Part shown: positions 31,126 through 40,972 of the stretch, piece after piece
How positions within the stretch are numbered: the stretch's first letter is position 1
Layout: every line of letters starts with the position of its first letter
IMG/VR virus record: IMGVR_UViG_3300042477_000769
DNA: 64,000 nucleotides
Direction: 5' to 3' (one strand)
Source of the DNA: a virus
Lineage: Duplodnaviria; Caudoviricetes
Translations under genes and position numbers: made by a program
Notes under the pieces: model-generated
The model's database searches: none
What the model was told of the DNA's origin: nothing
Seen by the model: the letters and a program-made list of their open reading frames with translations, nothing else

Positions 31126-34100
31126 ATGGAAAAAGCAAGTATTAGTTTATGTTTAATTGTTAAAAATGAACCATTTCTAGAAAAATGTTTATTATCAATT
31201 AAAGATTATGTCTCAGAAATTGTTATTGTTGATACTGGTTCAACTGATAATACTCCTGAAATTGCCAAAAAATATGCTGATAAGTTTGAAGTATATACTG
31301 AGTGCAATGATCCTGTTACCGGATTAATTGAAGATTTTTCTAAAGCCCGCAATTATTCATTTTCTTTAGCTACTCAACCCTGGATTTTGTGGTGTGATGG
31401 TGATGATATTATTGAAGGCGGACAGTATTTTAATACCTTTTTAAAAGAATTTGAAGTCAATAAATTACACTTACAAAGTAAAAATCAAACATTAGATGGG
31501 GTTGCTTTTCTATTTCCTTATGAATATGCTTATAATGACAATGGTCAATGTATTTTAAGACATTATCGAGAACGATTAATTTCAAATAAAGAGTATTTTA
31601 CTTGGGTTAATCCAGTACATGAAGTTCTTATTCCTAAAGATAATTATCAATTATCTATGATTCCTAAAGATGAAGTTGTTTTTAAGCATCAAAGACAATT
31701 TACTGGTAAACACATTGAATCTGGAAGAAACTTAAGAATACTTAAAAAATATTATGAGCAAGTCGGAGATTCAGATGCTCGACAATTATATTATTTAGGA
31801 TTAGAATATTGCAATTCAGGATTTATTGAAGAGTCAATTGCTTCTTTAAAAAAGTATATTTCTTTATCTGGATGGGAAGATGAAAAGGTCATGGCCTGTC
31901 TTAAATTGATTGAAATTTATTTCAATCAACAAAAATATGACGAAGCATTAGTATGGGCTTTTAAAGCTATAGAAATTAAAGAAAATTGGTGTGAAGGTTA
32001 TTTGGCACTGGGTAAATTATTTTATTTTAAAGGAATGTTAGGCGGGCCAGAATCAACTAGAAACTGGCAAAAATGCGTTCATTTTATTAGAGAAGGATTA
32101 AAATTACCACCCACCAAAACATTATTATTTATTAATCCACAAGAACGAGATTATTTTTCTTATGTCTATTTAAATTATGCTCTTAATAAATTAGGAGATG
32201 TGCAGGGAGCTTTAGAGAGCGTTAATATGGGTTTAAAAGCAGAGCCTAATGATACTATGTTATTAGGGAATAAAAAAATATATGAAGATTTCTTGGCGCG
32301 AGATGCGATTGTTAAAGCTAGTAATTCATTAAAAAATAATGGCACTTTAACAGATGTTGCTGTTGAAAAGATTAGTGCTATTATCAATAATTTAGAGTTA
32401 CCACAAATTGAAGTAGTTAAAAAGAAAAGTTTGCTTCGTAAATCGCGAACTAATGTATTAGATATTATATTTTATCTAGGTAACGGAGTAGAAATATGGT
32501 CTCCTGAAACTGTGAGAAAAAATGGCATTGGCGGTAGTGAGTTAATGGCATTAGAATTGGCCAAAAGATTAGCTACTTTAGGTCATAAAGTTAGAGTATA
32601 TAACAGTTGTGGAAATTATGAAGGCACTTATGATGGAGTAGAATATTGTCAAACAGAAAAATATCATGATTTAAACTGTGATGTGTTAGTTGTCTCTAGA
32701 GATGCTTCAGCTTTAGACAATTCTACTATTACTAGTAAGCTTAAATTATTGTGGGTACATGATATTTTTGCATTAAATGCCAATAGTAAATTACTATTAC
32801 AAGCAGATAGAATTTTAGCCTTATCTCAATGGCATAAAAAATTCTTAATGGAGCATCATCATCTTCATCCGGAACATATTATAGTTACTAGAAATGGGAT
32901 TGATTTAAATAGGTTCAATATCTCGGTAGATAGAAATAAATATAAGTGTATTAATAGTAGTAGTCCTGATCGTAGCTGGCCGGTGTTATTAGATGTTTGG
33001 CCCACTATTAAAAATGCAGTTCCTCAAGCCGAGCTTCATTTATTTTATGGGTTTAAAAATTGGGAATATAGCGCTCAATTTAATCCAAAACAACAAGAAA
33101 CAATTGCTAGTTTAAAAGAACAAATAAATTCATTACAAAAACTAGACGTTTATTTTCACGATCGAGTTGATCAAGTAACGTTAGCTAAAGAGCTATTATC
33201 CTCTGGTGTGTGGACTTATCCGACATTTTTTACAGAAACTTCGTGTATTACCGCGATGGAAATGCAAGCGGCTGGCGTACGAATGGTTACTTCTAATATT
33301 GCGGCTTTAACAGAAACAGTTGGTAACAGAGGCGTTTTATTAGATGGAGATTGGACCTCAGCAGAATATAAAAATAAATTTATTGCAGCGGTGGTAGAAA
33401 AATTAACACACGAAGATGAATCAGATAGAAAAGAATTACAAGAATATGCTAGATTAAATTTTGATTTAGATCAATTGGCTTTGGATTGGGAAGATATGTT
33501 TTATTCTTTATTAAAAGAAATTACCACTAATCCATTAGTGCCTTATTTTCCAACTCGTCCATATTTAAGTAGATCTTCTTTTCACTCGGCTCCCTTTAGT
33601 TTACTAAATACTGACAATTTAGTTAAACTAAATATTGGTGCTGGCCCTAATATTTTTCCATTTGATGGATGGATTAATTATGATAGAGTATATTTTTCCG
33701 AATATTTTCAGCAATTAACTATGGTAGCTAAAGATGTGAATTTACCAGAAAATGAAAGACATCCTAATACCATTTCATGGATGAAAAATATAACTTCTCG
33801 ACAAGGCAAATTAATAGATTATTTGTCTCGTGGAGGATCTATTGAATATAGAATAGGTGACGTTCAGTATCCTTTTGATATGCATCCAGATAATAGTGTA
33901 GATATTATTTATCTAGGGCAAATGATTGAACATTTAAATCCTATTTATGTGATACCTAAATTATTAGCTGAGTGTTATCGTATGTTAAAGCCAGGTGGAA
34001 CATTAAGAATAACTACACCTGATTTAGATTTATTAATTCAAGCATATCTAAACAATGATTTAGATAAATTTTCTAACGAACAACCGTTATTTTATAAAGA

Positions 34101-34347
34101 GGCCGATCCTAGTGAACAATTAGCTTATATTATGTATGGTGCTTGTGGTCCAAATTGCTCTTGGAACAATTATGAAGGTCATATGTTCTTATTTACTAAG
34201 AATTCGATGCGCAAAGCACTTAAAAATGTAGGATTTGAAAAAATTAAGTTTTTCAATTCTGGACATTTAAGTGATCATCCAGTTATTTTACAAGAAGTAA
34301 CGGATGAAGGTGTGAGTCATTCTCTCTTAGTTGAGGCTATTAAGTGA
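31126..34347 (+). CDS. Multidomain glycosyltransferase: GT2 + TPR + GT4 + class I SAM methyltransferase
   Basis: SLCLIVKNE/DTGSTD/FSKARN/WILWCDGDD (GT2); helical TPR-like middle; GIGGSE..ELAKRL..LGH and ETSCITAMEMQAAG (GT4); LNIGAG..GWINYD, EHL, LKPGG.LRI.TPD (methyltransferase). Confidence 0.88.
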   Translation: MEKASISLCLIVKNEPFLEKCLLSIKDYVSEIVIVDTGSTDNTPEIAKKYADKFEVYTECNDPVTGLIEDFSKARNYSFSLATQPWILWCDGDDIIEGGQYFNTFLKEFEVNKLHLQSKNQTLDGVAFLFPYEYAYNDNGQCILRHYRERLISNKEYFTWVNPVHEVLIPKDNYQLSMIPKDEVVFKHQRQFTGKHIESGRNLRILKKYYEQVGDSDARQLYYLGLEYCNSGFIEESIASLKKYISLSGWEDEKVMACLKLIEIYFNQQKYDEALVWAFKAIEIKENWCEGYLALGKLFYFKGMLGGPESTRNWQKCVHFIREGLKLPPTKTLLFINPQERDYFSYVYLNYALNKLGDVQGALESVNMGLKAEPNDTMLLGNKKIYEDFLARDAIVKASNSLKNNGTLTDVAVEKISAIINNLELPQIEVVKKKSLLRKSRTNVLDIIFYLGNGVEIWSPETVRKNGIGGSELMALELAKRLATLGHKVRVYNSCGNYEGTYDGVEYCQTEKYHDLNCDVLVVSRDASALDNSTITSKLKLLWVHDIFALNANSKLLLQADRILALSQWHKKFLMEHHHLHPEHIIVTRNGIDLNRFNISVDRNKYKCINSSSPDRSWPVLLDVWPTIKNAVPQAELHLFYGFKNWEYSAQFNPKQQETIASLKEQINSLQKLDVYFHDRVDQVTLAKELLSSGVWTYPTFFTETSCITAMEMQAAGVRMVTSNIAALTETVGNRGVLLDGDWTSAEYKNKFIAAVVEKLTHEDESDRKELQEYARLNFDLDQLALDWEDMFYSLLKEITTNPLVPYFPTRPYLSRSSFHSAPFSLLNTDNLVKLNIGAGPNIFPFDGWINYDRVYFSEYFQQLTMVAKDVNLPENERHPNTISWMKNITSRQGKLIDYLSRGGSIEYRIGDVQYPFDMHPDNSVDIIYLGQMIEHLNPIYVIPKLLAECYRMLKPGGTLRITTPDLDLLIQAYLNNDLDKFSNEQPLFYKEADPSEQLAYIMYGACGPNCSWNNYEGHMFLFTKNSMRKALKNVGFEKIKFFNSGHLSDHPVILQEVTDEGVSHSLLVEAIK

Positions 34348-35429
34348 AAATTGGCATTATCGCCACTCATTCTTTTCCAATTCCGTATCCTAATCTTCAT
34401 ACGGGCGATATTATTATTTTAAATTTGGCCAAATCATTACAAAAATTAGGCCAAGAAGTTACTTTATATGCTCCAGAAGGAACTCAATTTGATAATTTAA
34501 AATCTATTAAGCCTTCTTTAGGAAAGGCAGACCCAACTGCTTATAAATGTGAAAATGAAATCTATCTGACTTATAAAGATAGTTTATTTTCTCAAGACAT
34601 AATTAGTGATTTTAGTTCCACTAAGCATATTTCAAAAGCCATGAATAATGAAGGTTTTGCAGCTACTTGCTGTACTTTAATGGGTGGACCTTGGAGATAT
34701 ACGTGGGAAACTAATAATATAATTACTTGGTCACAATCTCATCAATTTAGAGTATTAAATGGATTAACAGATTATCATCAAACGCCTTATGTTACTATGG
34801 ATAATGGAGGTTATCCAGTCTCACAAGCCGCTGTTATTTATGGAGGAATTGATACTGATTTTTATGTACCATCTTATAAAAAAGATAATTATTTCCTATG
34901 GTTAGGAAGATGGCACGAAGCTAGAGGTTATCGTATTGCTATTGAAATTGCCAAAAGAACCGGAATTAGATTAATTTTAGCTGGCGAACATCCAGATAAT
35001 GAATTTTTTGAAACTCAAAAAAAATCTGCACAAGAGGCAGAACAATTATGTCAAGGACATTCTAATATAGAAATAGTTTGGTTACCTCCCGATCCAGATC
35101 ATCATTTAATGAAAAGAAAATTGTATCAAGAAGCGATAGCTTTTATTAATCCGACTCAATTTCATGAGCCATTTGGCATGTCTCAAGTAGAGGCGATGGC
35201 ATGTGGAACACCAGTTATTACTACTAACTATGGCTCGATGCCAGAAATAATAACACATAAAAAAACCGGAATCGTATGCCAGAATGATATATATGAATTA
35301 TCTCAAGCTTGCTATCAAATTAATAATATTGATTATTATACTTGCCGGCAACGAGCAGAAGAGTTTGATCAAAAAGTTATGGCTCAATCGTATTTAAATT
35401 TTTACCAAAACATACTCACACAAAGTTAA
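34344..35429 (+). CDS. GT4 family glycosyltransferase
   Basis: IYGGIDTDFY, FLWLGR, EPFGMSQVEAMACGTPVI. Confidence 0.9.
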   Translation: MKIGIIATHSFPIPYPNLHTGDIIILNLAKSLQKLGQEVTLYAPEGTQFDNLKSIKPSLGKADPTAYKCENEIYLTYKDSLFSQDIISDFSSTKHISKAMNNEGFAATCCTLMGGPWRYTWETNNIITWSQSHQFRVLNGLTDYHQTPYVTMDNGGYPVSQAAVIYGGIDTDFYVPSYKKDNYFLWLGRWHEARGYRIAIEIAKRTGIRLILAGEHPDNEFFETQKKSAQEAEQLCQGHSNIEIVWLPPDPDHHLMKRKLYQEAIAFINPTQFHEPFGMSQVEAMACGTPVITTNYGSMPEIITHKKTGIVCQNDIYELSQACYQINNIDYYTCRQRAEEFDQKVMAQSYLNFYQNILTQS

Positions 35430-35430
35430 T

Positions 35431-36090
35431 ATGGAAATTGATTTCAAAGGAAATAAATTTATTATTAGTAAAGGCAGTACTCATCCTGAATATTCTATCT
35501 TTACTTTTACCGGAGAAGAAGTTGATTTTAAAAATAAATATTGGGATATTAAACCAGATGATATTGTTTTTGATGTTGGCTCTTCTTATGGAACTTATGC
35601 TTTAACAGCCACGGCAATGGGAGCTAAAGTTTTTTGTTTTGAGCCTGAATCGACTGTATATTGTGATTTAGTTAATAATATTAAATTAAATAATTGGGAA
35701 CAGCAATGTATAGCTCATAATTTAGCCCTTTGGAGTTGTTCATCTACGGTAGATATGAAAGACTATGCTCCTCATTGGCCAGTTCAAACTATTACTAGTT
35801 TATATCCAACTGATACGTTAGATAATATTGTTAATAAAAATAATTTAACTACAGTAAATTGGATTAAAATCGATGTCGAAGGTTCAGAAGAGCAAGTCCT
35901 ATTAGGCGCCCAAGAAACTATTACTAAATTTTCTCCTAATATGATTATTGAATGTCATAATTTTCTTGATAATCAAATAAGTAATAGAGTTAAAGAATTG
36001 ATATTATCATATAATTCAAATTATAATATTGAAGAAATTGAAAGAGATCCTTGTGTAATGTTAGTGATAAAGTTGAGAGGAAGAATATGA
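35431..36090 (+). CDS. FkbM-family SAM methyltransferase
   Basis: VFDVGSSYG, FEPE, IKIDVEGSE..VL.GA. Confidence 0.85.
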   Translation: MEIDFKGNKFIISKGSTHPEYSIFTFTGEEVDFKNKYWDIKPDDIVFDVGSSYGTYALTATAMGAKVFCFEPESTVYCDLVNNIKLNNWEQQCIAHNLALWSCSSTVDMKDYAPHWPVQTITSLYPTDTLDNIVNKNNLTTVNWIKIDVEGSEEQVLLGAQETITKFSPNMIIECHNFLDNQISNRVKELILSYNSNYNIEEIERDPCVMLVIKLRGRI

Positions 36091-37208
36091 AAGTTGGGGT
36101 TATTTTAGGGGCATTTAGTATTGGAACTCGTCCTTTAGATTTTTGGTATAATAATATTTGGGATAGTGCTAGGGGATTAACGGGCACTGATTTATGTTTT
36201 GTTAAAACGGCACAAATTTTAGCTCAACGAGGGCATGAAGTCCATTTATTTACTGTACATGCTCAGCCCGCACATAAGCCAGACTACTGGGAAAATGTAA
36301 AAATTCATTCTTTTGAAGATCGTTTCAGTGTTATTGATGACTCTTTTGATGGATTAATTTCTATTAATGAGCCGGATGTATTTAGAGGATTAACTACTAA
36401 ACCCGTGCGTATTGTGTGGCAAATGTTAAATGATTTTCCTTTTTGCCAAGAAGGTTTTGACGATTTTGTCGATCACTGGTTTGGAGTTTGTAATCAACAT
36501 ACTGAATTCTTAAAAAAACAAGTAGCTAAACCAGAAAAATGGCAAACTTTGCCATTAGGATGCAGTCCAGAATGGTATCAAGATCAACGAGTTCCTGGTC
36601 GTGTCATTTGGTGTTCCAGTGCAGATCGAGGTTTACATGTATTGTTATCCCAATGGCCCTTAATTAAAAAAGCGGTTCCACATGCAACATTAAAAATATT
36701 TTATCATTTTAATTATAGTGGCTTAGAAGATATTAGCCCACATGATAAAGAAAGTCATTTTCATGTAGTAGAAATGGGAAATCGTATTAGGTATATTAAA
36801 TATGCTATTGATAAATTAAAAAATTTTGGTGTTGAACATGTCGGGTCAATTAGTCGAGAGCAAATGAAAAAAGAATTTAGCGAAGCGGCAGTCTTTGCTT
36901 TTAGTTGTGACACGGTTGCCTTTTCTGAAGGTTTTTCAGTATCTACCTTAGAGGCTCACGCAAGTTTTACCGTACCAGTTATTACTTCTCAAGATTGTTT
37001 GGGGAGCATTTATCAAGATTCGGGCGCTATTATTATTCCAGCTCCAGTTAAAGATCATTTGCCAGACTATACACAAGCAGTGATTAAAAGTTTATTAGAT
37101 ACCGAATATTCTAATGAAATTATTAAAAATTGTCGTAATTTTGCTGAAAATCATACCTGGGAAAAAAGCGTCTCAGTCCTGGAATCTACTATTTCTGCGG
37201 GTAAATAA
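36087..37208 (+). CDS. GT4-like glycosyltransferase
   Basis: GLTGTD..AQILAQRGHEVHLF, WCSSADRGL, EGFSVSTLEA. GAGG RBS before ATG 36087, which overlaps the upstream stop. Confidence 0.8.
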   Translation: MKVGVILGAFSIGTRPLDFWYNNIWDSARGLTGTDLCFVKTAQILAQRGHEVHLFTVHAQPAHKPDYWENVKIHSFEDRFSVIDDSFDGLISINEPDVFRGLTTKPVRIVWQMLNDFPFCQEGFDDFVDHWFGVCNQHTEFLKKQVAKPEKWQTLPLGCSPEWYQDQRVPGRVIWCSSADRGLHVLLSQWPLIKKAVPHATLKIFYHFNYSGLEDISPHDKESHFHVVEMGNRIRYIKYAIDKLKNFGVEHVGSISREQMKKEFSEAAVFAFSCDTVAFSEGFSVSTLEAHASFTVPVITSQDCLGSIYQDSGAIIIPAPVKDHLPDYTQAVIKSLLDTEYSNEIIKNCRNFAENHTWEKSVSVLESTISAGK

Positions 37209-37246
37209 AAATTAGTCGATGTTATAATTGACTGAGAAAGGTGACC

Positions 37247-37663
37247 ATGGATAATAAAAAATACTCAGAGATGGTAGAAAAAGAAGAATTTCCAACGGAA
37301 ATGTCGGTACCATTAGATACTCCGACTATCGATGAACGAGGCGTAATACAAAATATTCTAAACTCTCATGTTGGCAGTGTAGCGATTATTACTAGTAAAG
37401 CTGGTTCTGTCAGAAGTAATCATTGGCACCAAAGCAATTGGCATTATTTATATGTCATTTCTGGTAAGATGAAATATCTAGAAAGAAATTTAGATGGTTC
37501 AGGTTTAAAAGAAAAAGTATATCAAACTGGAGAATTAGTTTTTACTGCTCCTCATAAAGCCCATCGAACAGAATTTTTAGAAGATACAGTCTTATTAAGC
37601 CTAGGAAAGTCTTCTAAAGAGCATCAACATCATGAAGAAGATTTAGTTAGAGTGATATGGTAA
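37247..37663 (+). CDS. Cupin-fold NDP-sugar isomerase/epimerase-like protein (WxcM/FdtA-like)
   Basis: SKAGSVRSNHWH...YLYVISGK and P..AH cupin motifs, within the sugar cluster. Confidence 0.65.
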   Translation: MDNKKYSEMVEKEEFPTEMSVPLDTPTIDERGVIQNILNSHVGSVAIITSKAGSVRSNHWHQSNWHYLYVISGKMKYLERNLDGSGLKEKVYQTGELVFTAPHKAHRTEFLEDTVLLSLGKSSKEHQHHEEDLVRVIW

Positions 37664-37666
37664 GTT

Positions 37667-38899
37667 ATGCAAGTCAAGAATAAAGTTGTCAAAAATTGTT
37701 TATTATGTGGCGGAGAAACTAAAATAATTATAGATTTAGGAAAAACACCTTTAGCTAATAATTTCACTACTGAAAAAGTTGCCCAAAAAACTTTCCCTTT
37801 ACGCTTAGTACAATGCCAACATTGTCAACATGTACAATTAGATTATATTGTACACCGTAAAACTTTGTTTGAAAATTATTTATATGTTTCCGGCACTTCA
37901 CCAGTTAATGTGAAACATTTTCAGGATTATGCTCATCAAGTAATTGAAAAATTTCAATTAAATGAACATAATTTAGTTTGTGATGTGGCCTCTAATGATG
38001 GATGTTTCTTACAGAATTTCAAAAATACTACCAAAATAGTTGGAGTGGACCCAGCTAAGAATATTGCGGAAGAAGCAAATCAAAATGGAATTTATACTAT
38101 TGCTGATTTCTTTTCGACTAAATTAGCCAAAGAAATTAAACAAAATCATGGGTTTGCTAAAGTTATTACTTGTAATAATATGTTAGCTCACAATATGGAC
38201 ATTAAAGATATTGTTAAGGGCGTCAAAGCGCTTCTTGATCCTCAAGGGACTTTTATCTTTGAAAATTCTTATTTATTAGATATTGTTAATTTTGATCTTA
38301 TTGATTTGGTGTACCATGAACATATTCATCATTTTCACATCTATCCATTAGTTAAGTTTTTTAATCAATTAGGGATGGATATTTATCATGTGGAGCGCTT
38401 ACCTAATCATGGTGGCTCTATTAGAGTATATGTTTGCTTTCAAGGACAATATCCAATCGACCCATCAGTTCAGCAATGTTTAGAGTTAGAAAAAGAAATT
38501 CCTAATAAAATTAAACAGTTAGCAGTTAAAATTGAACAATTAAAAGAAAAAATTAATACCAGCTTGTTATCTTTACATTCTCAAGGTAAAAAAATTGGAG
38601 TTTTTGGTTTTCCGGCAAAAGCTACAACATTAATTTACGGACTAGGAATCAATATGAAGACCATAGATTTTATTGTAGATGATGCCAAATTAAAACAAGG
38701 AAAATTTATTCCCAGCCAATCTCAAAAAAAATCAATGGTAATTGAACCTCCTTCAGTTATTGTAAGTAAAAATCCAGATTATTTATTAATTTTGGCTTGG
38801 AATTTTGCGGATTCTATTATAGAAAATTGTAAAAAACAAGGTTATACTGGCAAATTTATTGTTCCGCTGCCACAATTTAGCATTAAGGGGGAAATGTGA
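37667..38899 (+). CDS. NDP-hexose C-methyltransferase (Methyltransf_13/14-type)
   Basis: CLLCG..DLGKTPLANNF..C..C.HVQL zinc domain, DVASNDG, YHEH, HGGSIR, G.PAKATT. Confidence 0.88.
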   Translation: MQVKNKVVKNCLLCGGETKIIIDLGKTPLANNFTTEKVAQKTFPLRLVQCQHCQHVQLDYIVHRKTLFENYLYVSGTSPVNVKHFQDYAHQVIEKFQLNEHNLVCDVASNDGCFLQNFKNTTKIVGVDPAKNIAEEANQNGIYTIADFFSTKLAKEIKQNHGFAKVITCNNMLAHNMDIKDIVKGVKALLDPQGTFIFENSYLLDIVNFDLIDLVYHEHIHHFHIYPLVKFFNQLGMDIYHVERLPNHGGSIRVYVCFQGQYPIDPSVQQCLELEKEIPNKIKQLAVKIEQLKEKINTSLLSLHSQGKKIGVFGFPAKATTLIYGLGINMKTIDFIVDDAKLKQGKFIPSQSQKKSMVIEPPSVIVSKNPDYLLILAWNFADSIIENCKKQGYTGKFIVPLPQFSIKGEM

Positions 38900-39864
38900 A
38901 AAAAATATTAGTTACAGGTTCATGTGGATTTATTTTCTCTAATTTTATGAGAAAAGTGATGCAAGATAAATTACCCTATACTTTTGTCAGTATAGATAAA
39001 GTATTATCGCCTTATAATTTATATAATGTGGAGTTAAATAAAGACCACCATTTTTATATGGGAGATATTGCTGATGAGCAATTTGTCGAGAATGTTTTTA
39101 AATTAGAAAAACCAGATATTATCATTCATGGAGCAGCAGAAAGTTTTGTTGACGACTCTATTCGAAGTGCTGCTCCATTTATTCATTCTAATGTAGTCGG
39201 CACCCAAGTCATGGTAGATATTTCTTTAAAATATAATGTAGAAAAATTTATTTACATTAGCACCGATGAAGTATATGGTCAATTGGCCTATGGTGATAGT
39301 AGCTGGACTGAGCTATCTTCTATTAATCCTAGAAATCCCTATTCTGCTTCTAAGGCTGCAGGAGAACTAATCGTGAGAGCAGCTAATCAAACTCATGGTC
39401 TAAAGTATAACATTACCCGATGCTGTAATAATTATGGCCCTAGTCAGCCATATCGTAATTTAGTGCCGGTTATTATTTATAATTTATTGCATAATAAACC
39501 TATTCCTATTCATGGTAGTGGAAAACAATATCGTGAATGGATTTATGTTGAAGACCATATTAGTGCTATTTTAAAAGTATTAGAGTCAGGTTCTGTAGAT
39601 GAAACATATAATATTGGTACTGGAGCAGAATGTACTAATTTAGAAATGGTGGAAAATATTGCCGCTATTTTGAATAAAACCCCTATAATTCAAAATGTAA
39701 AAGATCGCCCCGGTCATGATTTTAGATATTCAGTTAATTGCTCCAAATTACACAAATTAAAATGGAAACCTTCTTTTAAATTTACCGAAGGTTTAGAAAA
39801 GTGTGTGAATTGGTATCTAAATAATACTTGGTACTGGAATGAACAATCTAATATTAGTTGGTAA
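38896..39864 (+). CDS. rmlB: dTDP-glucose 4,6-dehydratase
   Basis: ILVTGSCGFI.SNF, H.AAESFVD.SI, STDEVYG, YSASKAA, NNYGP, DRPGHDFRY. Confidence 0.9.
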   Translation: MKKILVTGSCGFIFSNFMRKVMQDKLPYTFVSIDKVLSPYNLYNVELNKDHHFYMGDIADEQFVENVFKLEKPDIIIHGAAESFVDDSIRSAAPFIHSNVVGTQVMVDISLKYNVEKFIYISTDEVYGQLAYGDSSWTELSSINPRNPYSASKAAGELIVRAANQTHGLKYNITRCCNNYGPSQPYRNLVPVIIYNLLHNKPIPIHGSGKQYREWIYVEDHISAILKVLESGSVDETYNIGTGAECTNLEMVENIAAILNKTPIIQNVKDRPGHDFRYSVNCSKLHKLKWKPSFKFTEGLEKCVNWYLNNTWYWNEQSNISW

Positions 39865-40624
39865 TGGTCAGTGGGGAAAGAATTATGTTAACACTTTGAG
39901 ACAATTTTCAAATGTAAATTTAAAGATTGCTAATAGAAATAATTGGCAATCTTTAATTGATCAAGGCGCAGATGGCGTCATTATCTGTACCCCTCCAGAT
40001 TCACATATAGAAATTGCTCATTTTTCCTTATCAAGAAATATTCCAACTATGATAGAAAAGCCGGTGGCTTTATCTATGTCAGAAGTATTATCCTTAGAAA
40101 CTTATACCGTTCCTATTTTAGTGAATTATATTCATTTATTTTCTGAAGCTTATCAACTAGCTAAACAATCTATTCAAGGCCCAATATTAGAGATTAATTC
40201 TATTGGTTATAATAAAGGGCCTCTCCGCACTTATTCTAGTTTGTGGGATTATGGCTCCCATAATATAGCCATGATATTAGATCTTATAAATAAGATGCCA
40301 ACTTCCATAACGGCCAAAAAAGAGATTACTCCACATGGAGAGTTATTTCATTTATCTTTAAAGTTTGATCAGATAAATACTCTGAGTATTATTGGAAATG
40401 GGGCCGAAACGAAAGCCTTAAAATTAGATATTAAATCTAAAAACCATGTAATTTATGATAATAAAGATAATTCATCTTTACAGATTAGTCCGTTAACTAG
40501 TGCGTTACAAGTTTTTATTCGAGCTCTCCATGGGCACAATGATGGTAGGTTAGGATTATATTTAACGAAGCAAGTTACTCAAATCCTAATAGAATGTGAA
40601 AATATATGTAATATTCTTATATAG
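39839..40624 (+). CDS. Gfo/Idh/MocA family oxidoreductase (probable sugar ketoreductase)
   Basis: ILVGNGQWG, IICTPPDSH, IEKP, WDYGSH. Confidence 0.8.
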   Translation: MNNLILVGNGQWGKNYVNTLRQFSNVNLKIANRNNWQSLIDQGADGVIICTPPDSHIEIAHFSLSRNIPTMIEKPVALSMSEVLSLETYTVPILVNYIHLFSEAYQLAKQSIQGPILEINSIGYNKGPLRTYSSLWDYGSHNIAMILDLINKMPTSITAKKEITPHGELFHLSLKFDQINTLSIIGNGAETKALKLDIKSKNHVIYDNKDNSSLQISPLTSALQVFIRALHGHNDGRLGLYLTKQVTQILIECENICNILI

Positions 40625-40639
40625 TAGGAGGAGTGAATA

Positions 40640-40957
40640 ATGCCTGATTTTGGAAATCCTAGAGCCCCGATTGATTATGGTTTTGATTATAATTTCTTTG
40701 CCAAACTTACTGTCAATAATGCTAATTATAATACAAATTGTGATATGATTATTAATTTAGCCGCTCCGACGTATGCGGTGTCGTTTCAGTTGGAGAGCGG
40801 GACCCGAATTGAGTACTCCTTTAACGGCATCACCACCCATGGCGACATGATCCTTTCCGAAGCCAGCACCAACCTATTATTTCAAAACAGAGTCATCTCT
40901 AAAATATGGTTTAGAGGCGATGGCTATGTTCGAGTAGAAGCATGGGCCATTAGATAA
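40640..40957 (+). CDS. Hypothetical small beta-rich protein
   Basis: Strong AGGAGG RBS; no family recognised. Confidence 0.6.
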   Translation: MPDFGNPRAPIDYGFDYNFFAKLTVNNANYNTNCDMIINLAAPTYAVSFQLESGTRIEYSFNGITTHGDMILSEASTNLLFQNRVISKIWFRGDGYVRVEAWAIR

Positions 40958-40972
40958 TTTATAAGAAAGACC

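Noticed and set aside
24121-40624. Giant eukaryotic virus (Mimivirus-like) origin suggested by collagen plus glycosylation genes
   Set aside because: HK97-type capsid, prohead protease, sheath/tube genes, SD sequences and intrinsic terminators indicate a tailed prokaryotic virus.
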